IMG/VR virus record: IMGVR_UViG_3300032320_000460
Coordinates: 1 to 32,144 of that record
DNA from: a virus
Lineage: Duplodnaviria; Caudoviricetes
Direction: 5' to 3' (one strand)
DNA: 32,144 bases
Shown: in pieces, positions 18,820 to 27,045 of the stretch
Numbering within the stretch: the first letter of the stretch is position 1
How the letters are laid out: every line of letters begins with the position of its first letter
The notes under the pieces: model-generated
The model's input: only the letters and a program-made list of their open reading frames with translations
Told to the model about the DNA's origin: nothing
Database searches by the model: none
Program-made: the position numbers and the translations under genes

Positions 18820-18975
18820 TGTGATTTGATTTAGTTTATTGCATCGCTTCGTGCTTTGCATATTTGAATATACAAATAGTATTTTGAATTTACACTAAAA
18901 AAAGTAAAACATTACAATTTTATGACAAAAGTAAATTAATAGTTAAATTATTGTCTTATTTATTATTTAGTGATT

Positions 18976-19070
18976 TCAACAAAATTCAACAAGTGTTCAA
19001 CAAATGCTAACACTTGTTCAACAAAATCCAACAAAAGAAAATAAAAGAAAATAAATAAGATATATATATA
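18976..19070 (+). repeat. Intergenic second copy of the origin iteron array + A-tract + (TA)5
   Basis: 61/71 identity to 1188-1258; core 18994-19023 is 29/30 to the reverse complement of 1206-1235. Confidence 0.85.
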
Positions 19071-19074
19071 GAGT

Positions 19075-19110
19075 TGTTTGTGTTTTGGGTTTTTTATATT
19101 TAATAGTATG
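19075..19110 (+). promoter_or_regulatory. Late promoter motif TGTT-N16-TATATTTA-atagt-ATG
   Basis: Same spacing; the ATG opens an 8-codon minigene. Confidence 0.65.
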
Positions 19111-19134
19111 GTATTTTTAGAAAATAATTTTTAA
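19108..19134 (+). CDS. 8-aa leader minigene MVFLENNF, coupled to fibre 1
   Basis: ATG at the promoter-defined position; TAA overlaps the fibre ATG (TAATG). Confidence 0.5.
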   Translation: MVFLENNF

Positions 19135-20639
19135 TGGGAACTACACTAACTAATCAAATCGTATCCGAAACCTACGATAGTTTATTAAAGGTAACTGATA
19201 ACAATATAATTACTGGTACTAAAAAACGTATTACCGATGGTTTTGGTAATGACACACCATTACTATTGTCATCTACCGATGTTCAAATAGATGGTAATTT
19301 CTTATTACCAGGTACTACTGCACAATATGTTAGAGGTAATGGCTCTTTAGCTACATTTAATGCTGGTTTAACAAGCGTAGGTGTATCTATGCCAAGTGCA
19401 TTTAGTGTTACTGGTTCTCCTTTAACTGCTAATGGTACTATTTCGATAACTGGTGCTGGAACATCAGCACAATATATCGATGGAACTGGTGCATTACAAA
19501 CATTACCAACACTCGCTACTGCCGATAAATTAGTTACAGAGGTACATAATAAAACTGGTGCTACATTAACTAAAGGTACTATTGTTTATATTAGTGGAAC
19601 TCAAGGAAATTTACCCGCAGTAGATAAAGCACTTGCTACTGGAGATGCTACATCTGCTCAAACTTTCGGATTAGTACAAGCAAATATTTCAAACAATAGT
19701 AGTGGATTTGTTGTAGTTTCTGGTAAGCTAATTGATTTAGATACAAGTGCATATAGTGATGGAACTCAATTATATTTATCGCCAACAACTGCTGGTACTT
19801 ATACATCTACAAAGCCATACGCACCAAATCATTTGGTTTATGTTGGTATTGTAGTTAGGGCGCATCCTACTCAAGGTAGCATTGAAGTAAAAATACAAAA
19901 CGGATATGAGTTAGATGAATTACACGATGTTATAGCACAAACACCAAACAATAACGATGGTATTTTTTACAATAGCACAAGCACTAAATGGGAAAATAAA
20001 ACTATTGCAACTGCATTAGGATTTACACCAGTAACAAACGCAAGAACAATATCTACAACTGCACCATTATCTGGTGGTGGGGACTTAACTGCTAACAGAA
20101 CATTAAGTATTACTCAAGCAACTACATCAGTAGATGGATATTTAAGTGCAACAGATTGGACTACTTTTAATAATAAGGTAGCTACATCAAGAACTATATC
20201 TACAACTGCACCATTAACTGGTGGTGGTTCTTTAGCAGCTAATAGAACATTAGCAATAACACAATCAACTACAACAACTGATGGTTATTTAAGTTCTACT
20301 GACTGGAATACATTTAACAACAAAGCATCAAAGGTAAATACATTCAATAGACAAAGTGCTTCTTATACATTAGTATTATCTGATGCAAGTAAGATTATAG
20401 AAATGAATGTTGCTTCTGCAAATACATTAACTATACCTACAAACGCAAGTGTTGCATTCCCAATAGGTACAGAGATACAAGTATTGCAATATGGTGTTGG
20501 TCAAACTACAATAGCTGGTGCTGGTGTAACATTAAATAGTAAATCTGGACAACTAAAAATTGCAAACCGATACACTGGTGTAACTCTTGTAAAAGTTGGA
20601 ACTGATGAATGGTATGTAATTGGTAACTTAAGCGCATAA
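19134..20639 (+). CDS. Tail/neck fibre protein 1
   Basis: Thr/Gly/Ser-rich; internal TTAPL.GGG.L.ANRTL and DGYLS.TDW.TFNNK repeats. Confidence 0.75.
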   Translation: MGTTLTNQIVSETYDSLLKVTDNNIITGTKKRITDGFGNDTPLLLSSTDVQIDGNFLLPGTTAQYVRGNGSLATFNAGLTSVGVSMPSAFSVTGSPLTANGTISITGAGTSAQYIDGTGALQTLPTLATADKLVTEVHNKTGATLTKGTIVYISGTQGNLPAVDKALATGDATSAQTFGLVQANISNNSSGFVVVSGKLIDLDTSAYSDGTQLYLSPTTAGTYTSTKPYAPNHLVYVGIVVRAHPTQGSIEVKIQNGYELDELHDVIAQTPNNNDGIFYNSTSTKWENKTIATALGFTPVTNARTISTTAPLSGGGDLTANRTLSITQATTSVDGYLSATDWTTFNNKVATSRTISTTAPLTGGGSLAANRTLAITQSTTTTDGYLSSTDWNTFNNKASKVNTFNRQSASYTLVLSDASKIIEMNVASANTLTIPTNASVAFPIGTEIQVLQYGVGQTTIAGAGVTLNSKSGQLKIANRYTGVTLVKVGTDEWYVIGNLSA

Positions 20640-21010
20640 TGGGAAACTTATTATCTTCGGCTATTAAGATGCAAGATAGTGTAGTTGCAACTGCTACATT
20701 AAAATATGACTTTGCAACAAATGGAGTAGTCGGTGGAACTTGTATAGTTTATAAAAATGGAATACCATTACAAACTATGACAACAGATACTTCGGTAGTA
20801 ACTACAACAATAAATGCTGGAGATACATTTTATGTAACAATACAAAATCCAAATACTACTGGTCAAACTGGTTGTTCAATAGATTATGTTGTTAATGGTT
20901 CTTATGTAACTGGATATTTTACTGGTGGAACTGGTGTTTTATCTTCTGCTACATTTACTGCTTCAGCTGGAAATGAATATAGGTTCTATAATAATTTAGG
21001 TGCAGTTTAA
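20639..21010 (+). CDS. Beta-rich fibre-associated protein (possible tip/receptor-binding module)
   Basis: TAATG-coupled to fibre 1; Thr/Gly-rich. Confidence 0.5.
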   Translation: MGNLLSSAIKMQDSVVATATLKYDFATNGVVGGTCIVYKNGIPLQTMTTDTSVVTTTINAGDTFYVTIQNPNTTGQTGCSIDYVVNGSYVTGYFTGGTGVLSSATFTASAGNEYRFYNNLGAV

Positions 21011-21019
21011 TAATAAAAT

Positions 21020-21256
21020 ATGGAAATTTTAAACACATATACATTTAATGAAAAAACAATAAACGTAGGCGACCAATTTACTATTGGCGAAGAATACTTA
21101 TTGTATGTTAATGAAATCTTTGATATTGATGGTTGCGTATATATAGCAACAAGCACAAATAAAGATATGATGACTATCGAAGGCGTTTCAATAAATAGAA
21201 ACATTGTTTCTGCTGAATTATTTATAACTAAAAACGCACACTTGTTTGAAAATTAA
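21020..21256 (+). CDS. Hypothetical protein
   Basis: 78-aa ORF in the fibre cassette. Confidence 0.5.
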   Translation: MEILNTYTFNEKTINVGDQFTIGEEYLLYVNEIFDIDGCVYIATSTNKDMMTIEGVSINRNIVSAELFITKNAHLFEN

Positions 21257-21539
21257 GATACTTGAAACTGAATTAAAAGTAGGTAGTTTATCAAGAGTAA
21301 TATCTTCAGTAAATATCTTACCATTTAGATATGAACTATTTTGCGATGGTGTAAATATCACTTGTCAATTATGCGATGAAAATAATTGTGTTTGTTTAGA
21401 AGAAAATATTTTTATAAACAAAGACAAATTAAATAAATGGTGTGATGATGACAATTATCTTATACAAGAATTATTGATTAGATTAGGACTTAAAGAATAT
21501 ACCATAGAGAAGCAAGGTAATAAGAACATAGATAAATAG
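21246..21539 (+). CDS. Hypothetical Cys-rich protein (possible fibre chaperone)
   Basis: TTG start overlapping the previous gene; W.DDDNYLI...LGL motif. Confidence 0.45.
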   Translation: MKIKILETELKVGSLSRVISSVNILPFRYELFCDGVNITCQLCDENNCVCLEENIFINKDKLNKWCDDDNYLIQELLIRLGLKEYTIEKQGNKNIDK

Positions 21540-21575
21540 TGTTTTCAAAATTGCTTTTTTATATTTATTAATATG
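21540..21575 (+). promoter_or_regulatory. Late promoter motif TGTT-N16-TATATTTA-ttaat-ATG
   Basis: Same spacing as the other copies. Confidence 0.7.
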
Positions 21576-21986
21576 ATACTTTTGACAAAAGGAGAAACGC
21601 AAGATATTGTACTTTCATTAAATGAGAAAGTAGCGATTGCAAATCCTACATTTTATTTTGTATTTGAAAATGATATGACAAATGAAAGTATTGCAATGGT
21701 ATTGACTGATACTTCATCTTATAAAGCACGATACAATTCATTCACGTTAAATACCAATAGTTATTTTTTAAATGCTAAAAATGGATATTGGACATATAAG
21801 GTTTATGGATTAACCTTACCAGAATGGAATAACATAAATACAAATTGGGAATTGCTTACTGATGTAACTTGGAATTTATTAGATGATAATGAATTGTTAG
21901 AGATTGGTAAGATGAAGTTAGTAGGCGATGCGTTTGAGTTTATACAATACGAAACACAAGAAAATAATTACATAATTTATAATTAA
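21573..21986 (+). CDS. Virion structural protein (possible head-tail connector) with Trp-repeat insert
   Basis: 137 aa; RYNSF...GYWTYKVY...LEIGKM; coupled to fibre 2. Confidence 0.5.
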   Translation: MILLTKGETQDIVLSLNEKVAIANPTFYFVFENDMTNESIAMVLTDTSSYKARYNSFTLNTNSYFLNAKNGYWTYKVYGLTLPEWNNINTNWELLTDVTWNLLDDNELLEIGKMKLVGDAFEFIQYETQENNYIIYN

Positions 21987-23644
21987 TGGGAACTACTTTA
22001 ACTGGACTTACACCAGCAACTACGTTTGATGCGTTGTTAAAGACAACAGATAATCAGCCACTAACTACTTCGCTAAAAGTTATTACCGATGGTTTGGGTA
22101 ATAATAGCGCATTTAGTTTATCTACAACAAGTGCAAGTATTACTGGTACATTAGCAGTATCTTCTACCTTAACTGCAAGTAATTTTAGTGGTACTTTTAA
22201 TGGTACTTTTAATGGTACTTTTAGTGGTACTTCATCAAATACAAATACTGGCGATGAAACAAACGCTACGATTAAAAGTAAATTAGGTTTTGCAACTACA
22301 AGTGTTGATGGTTACTTAACATCTACCGATTGGACTACGTTTAATAACAAGGTTGCTACAACACGAAGCATATCCACTACTGCACCTTTGAGTGGTGGTG
22401 GCGATTTAAGTGCAAATAGAACTTTAAGTATTTCACAAGCAAATACAAGTACAAATGGTTTTTTATCTTCTACCGATTGGAATACATTTAATGGTAAGCA
22501 AAATGCTTTAACCAATCCAGTAACGGGAACGGGTACTACAAATTATATTCCTAAACTTACTGGTGCTTCTACTATTGGCAATAGTCAAATATTTGATAAT
22601 GGAACTAACGTAGGTATTGGAACTACAAGTCCAAGTAACAAATTAAGTGTTGTTGGTAGTGGTTATTTTACTGGTGGATTAGTTACTGATGGAAGTTTAT
22701 ATGCTGGTACTACTTTAAGTGTTAGTTCTGATTGTACATTTGGTTCGTATGGAGATAATGAATATCTTTTATCATTGTATAGAAGTACTGGAAGTGCATA
22801 TTTAAACGGAAGTTTAACTATAAACAATGAAAATTTCCAATTTATAGTTAATTCGGGTGGTTTAAGTATAGGTAGTTTTTCTGTTGTTAGTAATTCTATA
22901 CTTGGTGCTACTAATATAACTGGTAGTGGTAAATTAAGCATTGCAAATATTGGTGCAAGTGGAACATTAAACGTAGGTAGCACAACAACTGCAACAAAGC
23001 GTTTAGAATTAACTGCTGATAATAATGGTGCTGCTGAAAACAATACTTTACGTTTTGTAAACACAGATACTACTATTTTAGCCAATGAGGTAATTGGTAA
23101 GATTGAATTTTATAGCAATGATGCTTCAAGTCCAGGAGCAAGTGTTAAGGCATATATTTCATCTGGTGCAACAACAACATCTCCGAATGGATATTTAGAT
23201 TTTGCTACCGACCAATTAACTGGAACTCCAAGTGTAAGACAAAGAATACAAGCCGATGGTAAAGTATTAATTGGAAGTACAACTGATAATACAAGTGGAA
23301 ATCTTGTTCAAGTAACTGGTGGTTTAGATTATAATATAACCATACAAAATAGAGCATCAAATAACTATACTTTAGTATTAACTGATAAAGGTAAATTTTT
23401 AACACAAACTGCTTCAACTACATCTGCATTAACAATACCAACAAATGCTTCTGTTGCCTTCCCTATTGGAACTCAAATTTGGATAATTCAAAATGGTACT
23501 GGTGTACTTACAATTAGTGGCGATACTGGTGTAACATTAAATACTCGTTCAGTATCAAGACAACCATTTGGTCAATATGCAGAAGTGAAACTTACTAAAA
23601 CTGCAACTGATACTTGGTACTTAACTGGCGATTTAAAAGCATAA
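21986..23644 (+). CDS. Tail/neck fibre protein 2 (paralogue of fibre 1)
   Basis: Shares the MGTTLT...D.LLK.TDN N-terminus and YTLVL.D...IPTNASVAFPIGT...WY..G.L.A C-terminus with fibre 1; NVGIGTTSP repeat. Confidence 0.75.
   Translation: MGTTLTGLTPATTFDALLKTTDNQPLTTSLKVITDGLGNNSAFSLSTTSASITGTLAVSSTLTASNFSGTFNGTFNGTFSGTSSNTNTGDETNATIKSKLGFATTSVDGYLTSTDWTTFNNKVATTRSISTTAPLSGGGDLSANRTLSISQANTSTNGFLSSTDWNTFNGKQNALTNPVTGTGTTNYIPKLTGASTIGNSQIFDNGTNVGIGTTSPSNKLSVVGSGYFTGGLVTDGSLYAGTTLSVSSDCTFGSYGDNEYLLSLYRSTGSAYLNGSLTINNENFQFIVNSGGLSIGSFSVVSNSILGATNITGSGKLSIANIGASGTLNVGSTTTATKRLELTADNNGAAENNTLRFVNTDTTILANEVIGKIEFYSNDASSPGASVKAYISSGATTTSPNGYLDFATDQLTGTPSVRQRIQADGKVLIGSTTDNTSGNLVQVTGGLDYNITIQNRASNNYTLVLTDKGKFLTQTASTTSALTIPTNASVAFPIGTQIWIIQNGTGVLTISGDTGVTLNTRSVSRQPFGQYAEVKLTKTATDTWYLTGDLKA
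22183..22230 (+). repeat. In-frame 12-bp tandem repeat x4 (TTTTARTGGTAC)
   Basis: Encodes FSGT-FNGT-FNGT-FSGT. Confidence 0.85.
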
Positions 23645-23645
23645 T

Positions 23646-25613
23646 ATGAATAATTTAATAACAATTAATTTTAGCGAATATTCACAACCTAAATTCGTTG
23701 AGAAAAAGAACCAAGAGTGGGTATCTTATGGAGAAGATAATAAATATCCAAGTCATTTACTTTCGCTATTAAATACATCTGCAAAGCACAATGCTATTGT
23801 CAATGGTAAAGCAAACTTTATCGCTGGTAAAGGCATCGTTTTTGAAGATGATACTAAACAATATTTAGCAGACCAATCAATCAATCGTGGTGGCGAAACT
23901 ATCAACGATATTTTAGATAAGGTTGCTATTGATATTGAAACATTTGGTGGTTGTTATTTAGAAGTTATCTACAATCCTTTTGGAACTGCTACTTCACTTT
24001 ATCATATTGACTATTCTAAAGTACGTTCAAACGTAGACAATACTTACTTCTACATATCTGAACAATGGGATTTAAAAAACAAACCAGATGATGTTGAAGG
24101 TGTTGCTGCTTTTGATGAAAAAAATAAGAATGGTAAACAGATTATTTACATCAAAGAATATAGACCAGGTGTAAACACATATACATTGCCGACCTATCAA
24201 GGCGCAATGAACTATATAGAACTTGATGTTGCAATTAGTGAATTTCACTTAAACGCAATACACAATGGTATGATGCCTTCAAAGTTGATTTCATTCAACA
24301 ATGGAGTTCCAAGCGATGAAGAACAAAGAATTATTGAACGTAAAATGAAGGAGAAGTTTGCTGGAGAAGCAAACGCTGGAAAGTTTATGATTAACTTCAA
24401 TAATGACCCAACTAAAGCACCGACCATTCTTGACCTTTCGGCTTCTGATTTAGACAAACAATTTGATTTGCTAAATAAGACCATACAACAAGAGATATTT
24501 TCTGGACATCGTATTACATCGGCTTCATTATTTGGTATCAGCACAGAGGGCGCTTTGGGTGCGAGAAACGAAATGCGTACTGCTTATGAGATATTCCAAA
24601 ATACTTATGTAAATGGTAAGCAACAATTCATCGAAAGATGGTTTGCTTATATCTTACCTTTGTTTGGCATAAATGACAAGTTTCACATTCAACCAACCGA
24701 ACCTTTGGGATTTGAATTTAGCGAACAAATCATTGCTTCTAATATGACCCAAGATGAAATTCGTGAAAAACTTGGTTTACCTATGATTGTTCAAAAACTT
24801 GAAACATCACAACAAGATGTAATTAATGGTATCAATTCACTTTCTCCATTAGTTGCAAATAAGGTGTTAGAAAGTATGACACCAAATGAAATTCGTGCAT
24901 TAATTGGATTGGTTGCAAAAGAAGAAGGTCAAGATATTGCATCAGTTGGAAGCGTTGCACCTACACAAGCATTTAGCGCACAAGATGATAAGTTTGCATT
25001 AAGTGTATTTGCAGAATTTGGAGAAGATGCTTCACAATATCAAGTTATAAAATCAAGAAGGGTACAATTTAGTGATGACTTTGAACCATTAGAACACCAA
25101 GAATTTGCAAGTATAGAGATTATGATTTCTAATCTTGAAAGTGGTATAATGGCTTTGATACAAAAAGACCCATTGATTAGTGTTGATAACTTGTCTAAAG
25201 CATTAAAGATAGATAAGCAAGTAATTAATGCTGCTTTGAAATCACTTGAAGGTGGTGGTTTTATCACTTCTAAAGAGATAACAAAGAATGATGCAGTAGT
25301 TATATCAAGAGAATTAACAAGCGATGGTAAAGCGCAAAAGGGTGCATTAAAACCATTAGCCGATATTACACTAAAATATAAGTATGAAGTAAGTCCTGGT
25401 CTTGGTGCGCCAATCATTGATACATCAAGACCTTTTTGTGTAGGACTTATTGAAATGAATAAAGTTTACACTCGTGCCGAAATTGAACAAGTAAGTCAAA
25501 GATTGGGTTATTCAGTTTGGCAACGTAGAGGTGGGTTTTATTACAATACAAGAACAAAAGTAACAACACCTTATTGCAGACATCGTTGGGTTGAACAAGT
25601 ATTAATTAAATAA
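23646..25613 (+). CDS. Portal protein with C-terminal extension (HTH-like + MuF/gp7-like)
   Basis: YGEDNKYP..L..LLNTSAKHNAIV; Y.LPTY.GA; NGMMPS; GEANAGK; MT.NEIR; C-terminal SRPFC...PYCRHRW. Confidence 0.85.
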   Translation: MNNLITINFSEYSQPKFVEKKNQEWVSYGEDNKYPSHLLSLLNTSAKHNAIVNGKANFIAGKGIVFEDDTKQYLADQSINRGGETINDILDKVAIDIETFGGCYLEVIYNPFGTATSLYHIDYSKVRSNVDNTYFYISEQWDLKNKPDDVEGVAAFDEKNKNGKQIIYIKEYRPGVNTYTLPTYQGAMNYIELDVAISEFHLNAIHNGMMPSKLISFNNGVPSDEEQRIIERKMKEKFAGEANAGKFMINFNNDPTKAPTILDLSASDLDKQFDLLNKTIQQEIFSGHRITSASLFGISTEGALGARNEMRTAYEIFQNTYVNGKQQFIERWFAYILPLFGINDKFHIQPTEPLGFEFSEQIIASNMTQDEIREKLGLPMIVQKLETSQQDVINGINSLSPLVANKVLESMTPNEIRALIGLVAKEEGQDIASVGSVAPTQAFSAQDDKFALSVFAEFGEDASQYQVIKSRRVQFSDDFEPLEHQEFASIEIMISNLESGIMALIQKDPLISVDNLSKALKIDKQVINAALKSLEGGGFITSKEITKNDAVVISRELTSDGKAQKGALKPLADITLKYKYEVSPGLGAPIIDTSRPFCVGLIEMNKVYTRAEIEQVSQRLGYSVWQRRGGFYYNTRTKVTTPYCRHRWVEQVLIK

Positions 25614-25614
25614 A

Positions 25615-26208
25615 ATGAGTGCAAACATATTATTCATTTCCGAACAAACGCTAAAAGATAGAAGTTTGTTGCAAAACAATGTAGACCCAAAGTTGATTAA
25701 ACCTACAATCAAACAAGCGCAAGATATTTATATCGAAGCTATCTTGGGAACTGGTTTATATCTTGAATTGCAAAGTCAAATTGCTTCAAATAGTGTTAGC
25801 GTATTAAACAAAACATTATTGGATAATTACATTACTGATACTTTATGTTGGTATGTAGCATCTGAAATGGTTATGTCTTTAGGTTACAAGCTAACTAACA
25901 AAAACGTATTGCGTAAAAATTCAGAGAATAGTGAAACACCATCATTGTCAGAATTATTTGATTTGATGGAATACTATAAAAATAAAGCAGAAACATACGC
26001 ACAACGTATGACAAATTATCTTATTGAAAATATAACTTCTTATCCATTATACAATAATCCTGGAAGTGGTGTTGATGTAATTCAACCGAATGGAACAAGT
26101 TATTCAAGTGGAATATATTTAGGTAATACAATCACAAAGGATTACAAAGATTATTCTGAAATGTATCAAAGTGAAGGTGGTGCATTGGGTATTGATTACA
26201 GATATTAA
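25615..26208 (+). CDS. Head-tail adaptor protein
   Basis: Follows the portal; NVDPKLIKPTIKQAQDIYIEAILGTGLY. Confidence 0.6.
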   Translation: MSANILFISEQTLKDRSLLQNNVDPKLIKPTIKQAQDIYIEAILGTGLYLELQSQIASNSVSVLNKTLLDNYITDTLCWYVASEMVMSLGYKLTNKNVLRKNSENSETPSLSELFDLMEYYKNKAETYAQRMTNYLIENITSYPLYNNPGSGVDVIQPNGTSYSSGIYLGNTITKDYKDYSEMYQSEGGALGIDYRY

Positions 26209-26309
26209 TGGCAAAAGATTATTCAGTAAAAAATGTAGGTAAACTAAAAGTTTATTTGCAACAAGTTAAACAAGATGACAATAAATCAAGTAAAAAATCT
26301 TCTAAATAA
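26208..26309 (+). CDS. Small basic protein, 33 aa (MAKDYSVKNVGKLKVYLQQVK...)
   Basis: TAATG-coupled; read manually. Confidence 0.5.
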   Translation: MAKDYSVKNVGKLKVYLQQVKQDDNKSSKKSSK

Positions 26310-26724
26310 TTTAGCTACCGACCATTTACAAATCAATGATTATGGCTGGGGCGATGTTTGGGAACTTGGAGAAAGCGAAAGTATAACTTACCCATTGATG
26401 TATGCTACCATTGGTGCTTCATCTATTCAAGGTAAGGTATTCAATCTAAATATATCTTTGCTTTTTATGGATTTGGTTTATGAAGATAATACAAATCTTG
26501 ATGATGTTATCAGCGACCAGATGCTTATTTGTCAAGACATCATTGCACAATTAAGAAGCGATGACTTTGATTTTGTTTTAGATGATAATGTTTCTATTGA
26601 TTTCTTTACAGAACAATTTTCTGATTTAGTTGCTGGTGTAAAAGCCGATATTGTTCTTGAATTACCTTATGTTGCAGATAGGTGTGCAGTTCCTACGAAC
26701 TACGTTTTAACTGATGGGGACTAA
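26275..26724 (+). CDS. Tail terminator-like protein
   Basis: Acidic 149 aa; YPLMY...FMD...FFTEQFSDLVAGV. Confidence 0.55.
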   Translation: MTINQVKNLLNNLATDHLQINDYGWGDVWELGESESITYPLMYATIGASSIQGKVFNLNISLLFMDLVYEDNTNLDDVISDQMLICQDIIAQLRSDDFDFVLDDNVSIDFFTEQFSDLVAGVKADIVLELPYVADRCAVPTNYVLTDGD

Positions 26725-26981
26725 TGACACAGAAAGAGATGCAAACATTGGACAAACTATTTACTGAAGTGCGAGAATTATCGCATAAGGTACAAAATAT
26801 AGAAGATGCCATTCTTGGTAGTGATTACGTTGGAGAAGGCATTAAAGAAAAAACAGATAAAAACACAAAAGAGATTGAAAAAATAAACCAAAAGTTTAAG
26901 CACTTTTATTTCTTTTTAGTTGGCGCTGGTCTTGCTGGTGGATATACCATAGTTGATTTGGTAAAAAAGGTTTTCTTATAA
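26724..26981 (+). CDS. Coiled-coil protein with C-terminal membrane anchor
   Basis: Heptad N-terminus, FYFFLVGAGLAGG transmembrane segment. Confidence 0.6.
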   Translation: MTQKEMQTLDKLFTEVRELSHKVQNIEDAILGSDYVGEGIKEKTDKNTKEIEKINQKFKHFYFFLVGAGLAGGYTIVDLVKKVFL

Positions 26982-27017
26982 ACTTTCAACATTAAAGCGA
27001 ATAATTCTTTTTTAATC

Positions 27018-27025
27018 TACTTTTG
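27018..27025 (+). promoter_or_regulatory. Bacteroidota-type -7 box (TACTTTTG)
   Basis: Intergenic TAnnTTTG, 20 nt upstream of the phosphoesterase ATG. Confidence 0.5.
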
Positions 27026-27045
27026 TTTAAACAATTAAACAAGCT

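Noticed and set aside
1188-19046. Iteron duplicate as a DGR template/variable repeat pair
   Set aside because: No reverse transcriptase is present; mismatches are not adenine-specific and are mostly explained by a core inversion
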